A stretch of DNA of 63,284 bases, filler included, from Octopus bimaculoides (GCF_001194135.2; 8 parts of 7 records of this genome joined end to end with filler, not necessarily neighbours in it), one strand, 5' to 3'; positions 1-11,128 are shown, counted from the whole stretch's first letter. Numbers and translations: made by a program. The notes: generated from the letters alone by a model not told the origin.

Positions 1-337
1 TCAAATAGTTATTCCAGTCAACAATGCAATTGACTTTCATTACAAGCTCACATTCCCAAAATTTGATACCTGTCATTCTGTGTGTTCAGCAATATATGAA
101 AAGTGCTGCTTTACAAAAAGATAAACATGAATTAGCAAACCAATTTTCTGTTCTTAGTTCTTGTTCTTGTCTGCATCCACGAATTCTATACCACCATCTA
201 TTTTGACTTCCAACTGAGAAATTCATAAAATGACCATTGTTGCATTTTCTTTCTTGGTGAAGAATTCCTTTTTCTTGAAAAAAAGTAATACTGGATGTTT
301 CATCTTTGCAAATTTTGCCTAGACATAAAAGATTCAT
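1..337 (-). mobile_element. Merlin/IS1595 (ISXO2-like) DNA transposase remnant, N-terminal part
   Basis: Minus-strand translation CNNGHFM...RWWYRIRGCRQEQELRTENWFANSCLSFCKAALFIYC*THRMTGIKFWECELVMKVNCIVDWNNYL matches the zinc-ribbon plus 'IYCW...IVDWNNFLR' pattern of Merlin transposases; one in-frame TGA at the conserved Trp. Confidence 0.75.
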
Positions 338-659
338 AATGTAGCATAGCCACTGGTGAAATTATTCTCTCCTTTCATTATATATACATGCATTCGAAAG
401 TAGTAGAGAACAACTAGCCTTTGGCCACTATTTGGATCTTGTGTCCACTACTCTGGTTGGTTGGTATTGGTGCAATTTGTCTCTTACTCGATTGTGCTAA
501 CTACCGTGTATAACTAAGATCACGTGGGACACTGTTCACTACCTTCTTTTAACCTATTGCTCCTTATAAAAACTCACCTCCTCGTTTCGATGTCTTTTGG
601 TTACAGACCTCTTAAGGTCAAACCACTGACCACAAGACACATCCAGTTCCAGTGACAAC

Positions 660-1191
660 AACAACACCTCTACTACAGCGTGAAAAACAGTCAATATAAG
701 TCAGGATTAAAGAAAATCCCTCACTGACAGGCCAGGTTCTAACAAGATCAATGTGAATATTGCGAAAATAAGTGTCAGGAGTACTAAAAGTGCTGAGGGG
801 TACACAAATGTGCTTATGTACCTTTGATATCTGGCACTGAAGACAAGAATGAAACCACTCAGTAATTTCACGCCTCATATTAGGCCAGAAGAATATAGCT
901 GAAATGCGCTTTACTGGGGCAGTGGTGTCAGGATGTGACAGATTGTGCAAAGCGTCAAAAACAAGTTGTCAATGCTTCTCAAGAACAAAAGGATGTGGTA
1001 CATCAGTAGATACGTCACATAATATTTCTTTATCAGCAGTTGATAGAGGCAGGTACTTAAACTTACATATAGCAAAAGCTGCAGATGAAATGACCAGTAA
1101 GTCCAGTGGAGGTTGATTGGATGATAAATCAGTCAAATTGATTTCTGCAGTACATGGCAAAGAATTTATAGGCAGAGGAGAAACTGAGATA
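660..1191 (-). mobile_element. Gypsy/Ty3 LTR-retrotransposon pol remnant (integrase zinc finger and start of core)
   Basis: ILCDVSTDVPHPFV, HNLSHP...FFWPNMRREITEWFHSCLQCQISKVHKH, and IHIDLV...ILTYIDCFSR motifs; frameshifted. Confidence 0.85.
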
Positions 1192-1503
1192 TCTATTATA
1201 TAAATCCCGTTCTGTGTGTGTATAAAAGATTACGATGGCTGTATTTTTCAACTGATTTTCTCCATACTAGGAACATACATTACTTATGTTCCAGGGATGA
1301 TTTTAGACTCTTAAAATTTTTCATATAATGTGTAACAGGCCCCACTGGGGAAAGAAAACATCCATTCCTGGGCTACATGGAAAACAGAGGTAACTCTTTG
1401 CGAAGTAACTTTCAGAAACTGATTGTCTCCCTTAGATCCATTGGTCAAAAAATTATCACAGTCTCATCTAATATATAAACAGAACGGGATTTATATTATA
1501 GAT
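1191..1503. repeat. 25-bp inverted repeat pair resembling two converging Helitron 5' termini (or a MITE)
   Basis: ATCTATTATATAAATCCCGTTCTGT at 1191-1215 vs the reverse complement of 1479-1503 (24/25 identical). Confidence 0.7.
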
Positions 1504-2289
1504 TCATGTCTTTGAAAGTTTTTAAAAATATTTACTTTCAGTTTTCTAGTGTCAGTGACGTCTATATCTCTGTATCCACCTGCCTCTATCTCTCTTTCTA
1601 TATCTCTATTTATCTCTCTGTATCTATCTGTCTATATCTATCTTATTTGTCTAACTAGCTCGCTCTCTCTCTAAATCTCACTTACTCTCTATTGTTTTCA
1701 CTTTCATTTTTCAAATGCTATTGTTTTCACTGTGAGTTTTCAATTGCTATTTACAAATAACAATGACAAATTACTGACAGAAAGATGTTCACAATCACTG
1801 ATGAAAGTAATTTCATACATAATTTACTGACAGAAGTAACTTCATAAATTTCATTAAAATCCGTACACTTAGTTAATTTCCCTAAAAATTTCTTACTTAT
1901 GCAACGGTTTTGTGTTTTTCTGTTGTTGACAGCTTTTTTCTGGTTCCTTCGATACAGTCTCTTTAGTTCACTAAGTGACAAATTTCGCTTCAACCCATGC
2001 AATTCTTTATTTTCCATAAAAATTTCTTATTTACTTTCTGCCCATTGTATTAAGAAATATAATTTCCGTTACCCAGTTATTTTCATTCTTTAGTATCTTC
2101 TTCCCCCCGTGTATTTCTGTATAGGTACATAACCATGCCTAGAAGGAAAGTGTCAAATTTGTCTATAATGTCAAGGTCAGCCAAAGGAATGTCTCTGTCC
2201 AGGGAAAGAGACATCTGCAGAAAAGGAAGCATAGAAAGAAACAAACAGACTGTGCACTACAAAAGCCAGAGCATCTTAAAGTGATGAAC

Positions 2290-2625
2290 AGATGTATGCA
2301 TGGCTGACAAAGAACAGGATCTGCAGAACGAAGAGCAGTCGCAACATCTCAGCGAAGCAACTTCTATGAAGCAGCTTTCGATTATGATCCAGCAGTTCAT
2401 TATGTAGATGACACTCGAGTTTCCATTGGTGCAATGACAACTGAGTGCATACATTGTAAAGCAAGGAAGTGGCCTGGAGAGACCTGCACTGTACTGCAGT
2501 GGTGGAAAGGTTAAAGTCCCTGCAATCCCCCAACATTCAGAGCCATTGAAGAAACTGTTGTTGTCAACTGACCAAAATTTCAAACACTTCCAAAACAAAA
2601 TTAGACAATACATCACTGCATTTGA
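2290..2625 (+). mobile_element. Helitron RepHel N-terminal coding fragment (plus strand)
   Basis: FYEAAFDYDP...VSIGAMTTECIHCKARKWPGET...CSGGKVKVPAIPQHSEPLKKLL...FQNKIRQY, the IG-M-C-C-A-K-GET-CC-GKV-PPEPL-LL pattern of Helitron helicase-like proteins. Confidence 0.8.
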
Positions 2626-2629
2626 CAGA

Positions 2630-2918
2630 GGTAGTAGTGAGCCAATCCAATGATAAATCTGACCTTGGATCTTGGAAGTTTGCATGAATCCTGCCTCAGT
2701 TAAATCTTGTGTAGCGATATATTGTCTAATTTTATTTTAGAAGAGCTTGGAATTTTGGTCAGTTGATGACAACAGTTTCTTTAATGGCTCTGGAGGTTGG
2801 GGTATTGTGAGTTTAATCTTTCCACTACTGTGGCACAGTGCAGGTGTCTCTCCAGGCCACTTCCTTGCTTTACAATGTTTGCATTCAGTTGTCATTGCAC
2901 CAATGGAAACTCTAGTGT
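2630..2918 (-). mobile_element. Helitron RepHel N-terminal coding fragment (minus strand, second copy)
   Basis: VSIGAMTTECKHCKARKWPGETPALCHSSGKIKLTIPQPPEPLKKLL followed by KIQGQIYHWIGSLLP (Helitron FKIQGQVYHRIGSLLP motif). Confidence 0.8.
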
Positions 2919-3250
2919 TGTATAAAATCGAGATGTCGAGTTTCCCTTGGTGAATATTTTTCTGGCTTCGATCGTAAGACAAAAGAGGCTTACACTCATT
3001 ATAGACCATAAAATTTCTTCCCTTGAGAATATGCTGAAAATGTTTTATGGCAAGGTAAATGGCCAAAGGCTCACATCCAAAAGTACTGTGTTGTGTCTCG
3101 GCAGGTTTCAACTTCCAGGAGAAAAATGCAAGAGGTTGTAGCTGTCCTAAATGAAACTATTGTAAAACTGCACCAACAGCTGTGTCTGATGCATCAACCA
3201 CAAACTTTGCATCAGAGACAAGGTGCGATAAGAGGGACACTTTAGCAAGT
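2916..3250 (-). mobile_element. Gypsy/Ty3 pol remnant (RT-RNase H connection and RNase H)
   Basis: VVDASDTAVGG...QPLAFFSWKLKPAETQHSTFGCEPLAIYLAIKHFQHILKGRNF...KPL and PEKYSPRETRHLDFI; collinear with the integrase piece at 660-1191. Confidence 0.85.
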
Positions 3251-3537
3251 TTATGTTGTGTAGAATTAAAAGATTTCATCTGGTTCGAATTCAATACAAT
3301 ATCCTCGTTTTTCTTTTGATGATTCTTTGACATTTCAATAAGAGGAGATAGAAGCTCTGCACAGTGAGGAATAAAGTGTCGTTAAAATTCAATAGGGCAA
3401 AGAAATGACACAGAGGAGGAGGCGGATGAAAAATATTTTCCCCACATTTTGTTGTGTCTGGGGATAATCATTCTCTTTTAGTGCCTTATTATCTAACACA
3501 CTCACCAATAAAGTTTCCACTCATTTATTTATTTCCC

Positions 3538-3985
3538 CATAAATTTCTTTATAATCGCAATCTATACCGTTTGAAAGGTGTTTCTACAAAATTTCATTAA
3601 AAGATATCCATTTTCTTGAAAGTTATGAGAAAAAAATCGCATCATGTGATTTTTCCAAAAGTTCTCTCCCCACCCCCGTTCCTTTGAGCAAATTTTTGTT
3701 TTCATATTTGTATTCTACACGTTTTTTTGCACCTAGTAGACTGCCTTTTTTTCGTATTGGTGAGCGGGAGCTAAACGAGATCCTGAAAGTTAGGGAAAAA
3801 AATGGATCGTGTGAATTTTCTGACAGTTCTCTTTTCCTCTCCCCCAGACCCTTGGAAAATATTTTCCCCAGAAATTTCTTTATAATCATAATCTGTGCCA
3901 TTTGAACGGTATTTCTATAAAATTTCATTAATATATATCCATTTTCCTGAAAGTTATGAGGGAAAAATCAGATCTTGTGAATTTT
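3538..3985 (+). repeat. Two ~120-bp direct-repeat modules of a non-autonomous DNA-transposon family
   Basis: AAATTTCTTTATAATC...TTTGAA-GGT-TTTCTA-AAAATTTCATTAA...CCATTTT...GAAAGTTATGAG at ~3538-3655 and ~3866-3985; the same module recurs at 46246-46723. Confidence 0.6.
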
Positions 3986-4434
3986 TTGAAAGTCCTCTGT
4001 TTTTATATTCGTTTTCTATACATTTTTTAACATTTGTTTTCGTTTTTGTGACATAAACTGTATATTGACCGAATTTTCTGTCATTCTTTATCTCTCCTGC
4101 CCAGACTTCATTACCACGAAACTTCAGAATTTTCACTTATTCTTTTCAAACTTGTTTGAATTTTCAATCTAATGTAATATACACTCTCGAAAATGTATTT
4201 CTGCAAAAAGCTATCTAAAAATATAGGTAAAGAAATGGGGTGAATGCCGTTTCGTTCTTCACCTTCAAAAATGCATTTAAAAAAATTTCTTTGGATTTCT
4301 AGGTTTTATTTAGATATTGGATATTTAGATATCAGAGATTACGAAAATGCAAATAAAAAAATATGGTAAAGGTGCACTTGTAAAAATTAGAGATTTAACC
4401 AAAAGGTAGCTCCATTGATTTGGAAATAGGGCAT

Positions 4435-4673
4435 TGTTATCGCCACACACATATATATGTGCTAGCGGTCGAAGGCTAGCACGTGGAGAGAGTCAGAAAA
4501 CAGAGAGGTTACGAGAAAGACGTGTTCTGATCAGGAGCGATCGTGTACTCCGCTGCGGTCGACAAGGTAAGGTCCAACGTTTCATTCTGTCCTTTTGCTT
4601 CTTGTTGTCTTTTTCCTCCATCACACCACAAGTAATAAACCCAGGATGAACTTTTAATTCATATCATAAAACA
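4435..4673 (+). mobile_element. Possible solo LTR
   Basis: GC-richer ~240-bp island starting TGTT and ending AACA, with AATAAA near the 3' end; no target-site duplication found. Confidence 0.35.
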
Positions 4674-6155
4674 ATAATGCCAAATGCAACAAACATGCAC
4701 ACAATGTTTGAACCCGTTTCTCAATATATACTTCGTAGCATATCTGCTTAAATTTTTTTTTAGAGAACATTTCGGAAATATTCTAGCGACGGGTAGTCAC
4801 CAATTTAGCAAGTATATGTAGATAGTCTGGTAGAGATGGACTATATGTAATCTGAACCTTCTCCCCCCCTTATTTATCCCACGTTTTAGGCTATGGAGAT
4901 TCCGATTNNNNNNNNNNNNNNNNNNNNNNNNNNNNNNNNNNNNNNNNNNNNNNNNNNNNNNNNNNNNNNNNNNNNNNNNNNNNNNNNNNNNNNNNNNNNN
5001 NNNNNNNNNNNNNNNNNNNNNNNNNNNNNNNNNNNNNNNNNNNNNNNNNNNNNNNNNNNNNNNNNNNNNNNNNNNNNNNNNNNNNNNNNNNNNNAATTTT
5101 GAAATTGAGATTTTTGAAAATTTTTTTCCAGAATCGGATTCTCCATGGTCTGAAACATAGGATTCCGTAAAAAAAAAAAAAAATTTTAAGGGGGGGGGTA
5201 TACCCAGATTACATATATTCCACCTCCACCGATAGTCTTTTATTACGCTGAACCAATGTAAATTACAGGAAAAATTGATGTGTGTGCAAAACATCATAAT
5301 GTAGATGTACAGTCTGGCAGGAATAACATTTGCAAGACATGAATAATTTCAGTTTCACTTACTACAATTAACAGGGTCTCTGGATTGGAACTGAATCCAT
5401 TCCACGACACAAAGTAGATACAAATCTTGCTGGAGAGGCCAATTTCAGCAAACCAGATAAAAACGATATAACAAATGTCATGTGAAACACTGAGCACAAG
5501 AATTCAGAGTTGCTAAAAGAAACTTAGCCCAGTAGTCATGATGACTGGGAAAGCAAAACAGTAATTTCCCATTTTCTTGATGAAGCTGACAGAATGAGGC
5601 TCTTGAAAATACATTGTTAACAGTTCAACGTCTCCACAGCAACTGACTGAACTTTTAGTTTTTAGGTGCGCTTTAGAATTGTTGTTTGAATTTGCGCAAC
5701 GCTAACTTAAACTGTTAGCGTCTGTCCCAAACAACTAACTCGTGCTACAGTAAGAAAATAAATTTATCATGTCTTGCTACACTTACCTCATAAAAATTAT
5801 TTTAAATAAAATTGTACATACATTATGCGACAATGTTGATTACTTCGAGTCGGCGAGTAGAGCGGAAAGAAGCTCACAAAACGTATTCAATTCCTAATTT
5901 TTAAGCATACAATTATTCCTATCCAACTACACAAAAGTATTAATAGCAATGCTTACCTCATAAAAATTATTTAAAATAAAATTGTATATTGATGTATTTT
6001 AAATTATATATAATTACTTTTAATAAGTTTGCAGAATAATCAATATCATACTTGAAGATTGGTCTATTATTGAGATGGAGAATTTCGTTTCGCTTTCACA
6101 ATCTGGATTGTTTGTTTATTTACTTTGATCAATGTCCTGTTAATTCGGCGACACA

Positions 6156-6670
6156 ATGTATCGTCAGATTTCTGTTGTGTTTCGATATTTCATCGTGACC
6201 TTCTTAGTAGCCGAACTTATACTATTCAATTGTGCTTTATTCTATGCATATTTCATGATCAAAGGAGCTCTGACGTCTTTCAGCAATACAAACGGAGGAT
6301 TTATTGATAAAATATCAACAAACCCATCAATAAAATCATTACTCGAAGCTGGCAAGGATGGAGGCCTTTCAAAATTGCTTGAAGAAACAGTTGAACGGGT
6401 ATTTTTAATTAGTTACCCGAAAAACGAGCAAGATGATATGCCAAAGTTAACATTCTTAGGTGTTGATATGTCAAATGCCGGCGAATTTGGGTTCGTCTAT
6501 CGCCGTATACAAACTTCAAACTTTAAGCAGAATCGTCTCGTTATTGACATCGGCGCCAACGATGGTCTTATTTCTAGTAACTCTTTCAATTTGATTCAAC
6601 TCGGCTGGAATGCTATCCTTGTCGAACCAGTGCCTTCTCAGATGGATTTAGCCAAAAGCAACACTCGCAG
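6156..6670 (+). CDS. First coding exon of a type II membrane FkbM-family (Methyltransf_21-like) SAM-dependent methyltransferase; downstream exons not visible
   Basis: ATG-initiated 171-codon open frame in 70% AT DNA; N-terminal hydrophobic anchor (FIVTFLVAELILFNCALFYAYFMI); FkbM motif VIDIGANDGLISSNSFNLIQLGWNAILVEP; ends at CAG|GTTATA donor (phase 2) just before an in-frame TAA. Confidence 0.85.
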
Positions 6671-6736
6671 GTTATAACCAAATGATTTTCTTTTTCTTTT
6701 TTTGAAAGATATTTTATAATGCGCATTACTGTACAT

Positions 6737-6760
6737 CAGTGCTTCTCAACCTTTTTACTC
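6737..6760 (+). mobile_element. hAT (Charlie-like) terminal inverted repeat remnant
   Basis: CAGTGCTTCTCAACCTTTTT; a related terminus (AGGTTGGGAACCACTG) occurs at 26703-26718. Confidence 0.4.
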
Positions 6761-7687
6761 TTGCGTAATTCTTAAAATAAATTACATGTCTCCAGGAACC
6801 CATGTACAAAAAAAAAAAAAATGTATGCTATATCTTTCTCATTTTTTTCATAGTTGTTCACATGGTAAATATCATATATATATATATATATATAGGCATA
6901 CAATCGATTATCGCCTATATATATATATATAGCGGAGGTAAGGATCATGTTTCGAGTCCCAAATACGGAGATTATGATTCTAAAAAAAAAAAAAAATTTC
7001 GTAAAATTTCAATCTTTCAAAAAATAAAAAAATAAACACCCCTATGACAGGAAGTGAAATTTACCACACACCCTTTTTCNNNNNNNNNNNNNNNNNNNNN
7101 NNNNNNNNNNNNNNNNNNNNNNNNNNNNNNNNNNNNNNNNNNNNNNNNNNNNNNNNNNNNNNNNNNNNNNNNNNNNNNNNNNNNNNNNNNNNNNNNNNNN
7201 NNNNNNNNNNNNNNNNNNNNNNNNNNNNNNNNNNNNNNNNNNNNNNNNNNNNNNNNNNNNNNNNNNNNNNNNNNNNNNNNNNNNNNNNNNNNNNNNNNNN
7301 NNNNNNNNNNNNNNNNNNNNNNNNNNNNNNNNNNNNNNNNNNNNNNNNNNNNNNNNNNNNNNNNNNNNNNNNNNNNNNNNNNNNNNNNNNNNNNNNNNNN
7401 NNNNNNNNNNNNNNNNNNNNNNNNNNNNNNNNNNNNNNNNNNNNNNNNNNNNNNNNNNNNNNNNNNNNNNNNNNNNNNNNNNNNNNNNNNNNNNNNNNNN
7501 NNNNNNNNNNNNNNNNNNNNNNNNNNNNNNNNNNNNNNNNNNNNNNNNNNNNNNNNNNNNNNNNNNNNNNNNNNNNNNNNNNNNNNNNNNNNNNNNNNNN
7601 NNNNNNNNNNNNNNNNNNNNNNNNNNNNNNNNNNNNNNNNNNNNNNNNNNNNNNNNNNNNNNNNNNNNNNNNNNNNNNNNNNNNNNN

Positions 7688-8020
7688 AGTGTCGCCTTCC
7701 TGGCACGTGTAAAGACATTCGAACGAGATCGTTGTCAGTGCCGCTGGACTGGCTCCTGTGCAGGTGGCACGTAAAATACACCGTTTTGAGCGTGGCCGTT
7801 GCCAGTACCGCCTGACTGGCCTTCGTGCCGGTGGCACGTAAAAGCACCCACTACACTCTCGGAGTGGTTGGCGTTAGGAAGGGCATCCAGCTGTAGAAAC
7901 TCAGCCAAATCAGATTGGAGCCTGGTGTAGCCATCCGGGTTTACCAGTCCTCAGTCAAATCGTCCAACCCATGCTGGCATGGAAAGCGGACGTTAAACGA
8001 TGACGACGATGATGATGATG
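7688..8020 (+). mobile_element. SINE body and 3' tail ending in (GAT)n
   Basis: GGTTGGCGTTAGGAAGGGCATCCAGCTGTAGAAAC...CCAACCCATGCTGGCATGGAAAGCGGACGTTAAACGATGACGATG; decayed relatives at ~16300-16440 and ~20790-20870. Confidence 0.75.
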
Positions 8021-8127
8021 GTGATATTGATTAGAGAACAAACATCAAATTCCTGTCAACGACTTTATATAACACCACGCTTCCATACATTTCATCATAT
8101 ACAAACATTACCATGTCCTAAGAGGAA

Positions 8128-8300
8128 TCTATATATATAAAATTGAGAATGTGTATCTGTCTGTCTGTGTGAATCCCTAAAACTCGAGAACTACGAAACC
8201 GATTTCATTCAAATTTTACACATGCCTTACTTAGGGTCCATGATGCGTCATGGGCCAAACAAACTTTCAATTTCTTGTCTAATGCGAGCCCAGAGCAATC
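8128..8300 (+). mobile_element. Non-autonomous Helitron-like element, 5' portion
   Basis: A|TCTATATATATAAAATTGAGAATGTG...(CTGT)n...AAACCGATTTCATTCAAATTTTACAC, the typical head of short Helitron derivatives. Confidence 0.5.
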
Positions 8301-8693
8301 TCTTATATCTTACACTATCTACCTACCTAACTATCTATCTATATATATATATATACATATATATGTGTATACATCTACACATATGTATATATATAGATGT
8401 ATAACATACTCTCATCATTATTAAATGACTTTAAAACACTAATGATCTACTTCTAACTGTTATTTTTGCTCCATTTCTTATCACTTTTTATATAGATGTA
8501 TATTATACATGTATATATATTCATGTATATGTATATATACTTTGTATGGCCTAGCAGCTCTCACTTCTGGTTTTCACTGTTCTGTTTTTGTTACCAACTT
8601 TGACCCTCCACAAATCCCAAATTTTATTTTGTTTGTGGGAGCAACTGTTTTCTCAAGGGCACATATTGTCGTGAATTGCATGAAATGTGGAGT

Positions 8694-8793
8694 NNNNNNN
8701 NNNNNNNNNNNNNNNNNNNNNNNNNNNNNNNNNNNNNTTAATTAATTAANNNNNNNNNNNNNNNNNNNNNNNNNNNNNNNNNNNNNNNNNNNN
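8694..8793. other. Artificial scaffold-join spacer N44-TTAATTAATTAA-N44
   Basis: Exactly 44 N + six-frame-stop 12-mer (8738-8749) + 44 N; identical at seven sites. Confidence 0.95.
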
Positions 8794-8826
<33 letters not shown>

Positions 8827-8828
8827 CA

Positions 8829-8986
8829 GGCTTCTTTCAGTTTCCATCTACCAAATCCACTCACAAAGATTTGGCTGGCCCGAGGCTATAGTAGAAGACA
8901 CTTGCCTAAAGTGTCACACAGTGGGACTGAACCCAGGACCATGTGGTTGGGAAGCAAACTTCTTACCACACAGCCACACCTACGCC
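8829..8986 (-). mobile_element. tRNA-derived SINE (family B)
   Basis: Minus strand GGCGTAGGTGTGGCTGTGTGGTAAGAAG...GGGTTCAGTCCCACTG (A/B boxes)...GGCAAGTGTCTTCTACTATAGCC...GAAACTGAAAGAAGCC; other copies at 26945-27055, ~30296-30378, ~38470-38590 and 60255-60379. Confidence 0.85.
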
Positions 8987-9053
8987 TATGTATATATATA
9001 TATAAATGTATGAATATATGTATGTATATATAAATACGAAGCTTCCATTGCAG

Positions 9054-9170
9054 GTCGATGAAGTTCATTGAAGATTACATAAATGAATATGTGCGACCAT
9101 TCTACGGCAACACACATACAACCACCAGTATAGTCTCCAGACAGACGACCAAGTTCAGGGACGAGGCCAG
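9054..9170 (+). CDS. Class-V PLP aminotransferase / cysteine-desulfurase-like gene, first visible exon
   Basis: TTGCAG| ... |GTAAGA; phase 2 to 2; (R)SMKFIEDYINEYVRPFYGNTHTTTSIVSRQTTKFRDEAR (YGNTH motif). Confidence 0.92.
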
Positions 9171-9194
9171 GTAAGATAACACCTGATTTATAAT

Positions 9195-9330
9195 TTTTAC
9201 TGTTGTTGTTGTTTAACCCCAGGTCAGTCCTGATCCACACAGACCCATGATCGAAGACGTTCCAGTTGTGACCATCCCATCTTTTATTCAGGTATAATGT
9301 TTCTAGGACTACATTATCTAATGTATAGAG
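9195..9330 (-). mobile_element. SINE 3' portion (family D, (CAA)n tail), intronic
   Basis: TTGTTGTTGTTTAACCCCAGGTCAGTCCTGATC...GACCATCCCATC...GACTACATTATCTAATG; related copies at ~35362-35555, ~46030-46190, ~47815-48000 and ~54090-54290. Confidence 0.7.
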
Positions 9331-10228
9331 TATAGGAGTTAGTGTTAGGGGCTATAGCTGTTGTTGTTTGGCTAAAATTTGCCATTTATCATTATACCAT
9401 ATGTTACATATGTGTACATATANNNNNNNNNNNNNNNNNNNNNNNNNNNNNNNNNNNNNNNNNNNNNNNNNNNNNNNNNNNNNNNNNNNNNNNNNNNNNN
9501 NNNNNNNNNNNNNNNNNNNNNNNNNNNNNNNNNNNNNNNNNNNNNNNNNNNNNNNNNNNNNNNNNNNNNNNNNNNNNNNNNNNNNNNNNNNNNNNNNNNN
9601 NNNNNNNNNNNNNNNNNNNNNNNNNNNNNNNNNNNNNNNNNNNNNNNNNNNNNNNNNNNNNNNNNNNNNNNNNNNNNNNNNNNNNNNNNNNNNNNNNNNN
9701 NNNNNNNNNNNNNNNNNNNNNNNNNNNNNNNNNNNNNNNNNNNNNNNNNNNNNNNNNNNNNNNNNNNNNNNNNNNNNNNNNNNNNNNNNNNNNNNNNNNN
9801 NNNNNNNNNNNNNNNNNNNNNNNNNNNNNNNNNNNNNNNNNNNNNNNNNNNNNNNNNNNNNNNNNNNNNNNNNNNNNNNNNNNNNNNNNNNNNNNNNNNN
9901 NNNNNNNNNNNNNNNNNNNNNNNNNNNNNNNNNNNNNNNNNNNNNNNNNNNNNNNNNNNNNNNNNNNNNNNNNNNNNNNNNNNNNNNNNNNNNNNNNNNN
10001 NNNNNNNNNNNNNNNNNNNNNNNNNNNNNNNNNNNNNNNNNNNNNNNNNNNNNNNNNNNNNNNNNNNNNNNNNNNNNNNNNNNNNNNNNNNNNNNNNNNN
10101 NNNNNNNNNNNNNNNNNNNNNNNNNNNNNNNTATATATATATATATATATATGTATATGTATATATATATATCCATCTATTATATATATATGTATATATC
10201 TTTTTTTTTTTTTCTCTGCCCACACCAG

Positions 10229-10358
10229 ACAAATTATCAAGAACTGTGTGAATGCCACAGATGACGATGTGGTCATCTTCTGTGGTGCTGGCTGCACTGG
10301 TGCCATACACAAGCTGATCGGTGGACTGGACATACAGGAACACGAGAAGGAGAAAACA
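10229..10358 (+). CDS. Class-V PLP aminotransferase / cysteine-desulfurase-like gene, exon
   Basis: Poly-T...CACCAG| ... |GTAAGT; phase 2 to 0; QIIKNCVNATDDDVVIFCGAGCTGAIHKLIGGLDIQEHEKEKT. Confidence 0.95.
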
Positions 10359-10911
10359 GTAAGTAGATGAATACATTGTTCTATGCTTTTTTTTTTGTCT
10401 TTTGTCTTTTTTATTGTTTACAGTCTTTTGGACTGCGACCATTCTGGGGCACCATTTTGCATGATTTTAAGCCAAACTAACTGACCATAGTACTTGAGTT
10501 TTAGAAGCTTGATGTTTATTCTCTCGGCCTCTTTTTATGCCAGACCACTCACTGGGATGTAAACAAACCAACACCACTTGTCAAGAAGTGGTTGGGGAGA
10601 AACACAACGACATGCTCCCACAAGTGTCTATATATGTGTGTGTGTGTGTGAATTTGAGTGTATATACATATATATGTATGTATGTATACATATGCATATA
10701 TGTGTATGTATGTATATGTATGCATATATATTTATATATATGTATGTATATGTATGTATAGGTATGCATATATATGTGTGTATAAATCTATGAAGATGTA
10801 TGCATATGTGTATATATGAATAATATGTATATACACATGTATGTGTTTGTGTGTATAAATATATACATATTTATATAATACAAATATAGATATTATACCT
10901 ATATATAATCT

Positions 10912-11128
10912 TCTCTACTCTAGGCACAAGGCACGAAATTTTGAGGGGAAGGGGGGGGGCAGTTGATTATATCAACCCCAGTACACAACTGGTCCTAAAT
11001 TTATCGACCCCTGAAAGGATGAAAGGCCAAGTCGACCACGGTGGAATTTGAACTCAGAATGTATAGACAGACGAAACACCGCTAAGCATTTCGTCCGCCG
11101 TGCTTACTTTTTCTGCCAACTCACCACC

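Noticed and set aside
5370-5485. Plus-strand terminal-exon candidate GLWIGTESIPRHKVDTNLAGEANFSKPDKNDITNVM*.
   Set aside because: Weak acceptor, no upstream exons found in 1-5370 and no recognisable homology.
6156-9170. Possible FkbM-aminotransferase fusion: the FkbM donor (AG|, phase 2) is frame-compatible with the first aminotransferase exon (|G).
   Set aside because: An artificial spacer (8694-8793) separates them. The fusion would truncate the methyltransferase domain and omit the conserved N-terminal segment of the PLP enzyme, and the two differ visibly in GC content. Only junction-spanning RNA reads would revive it.
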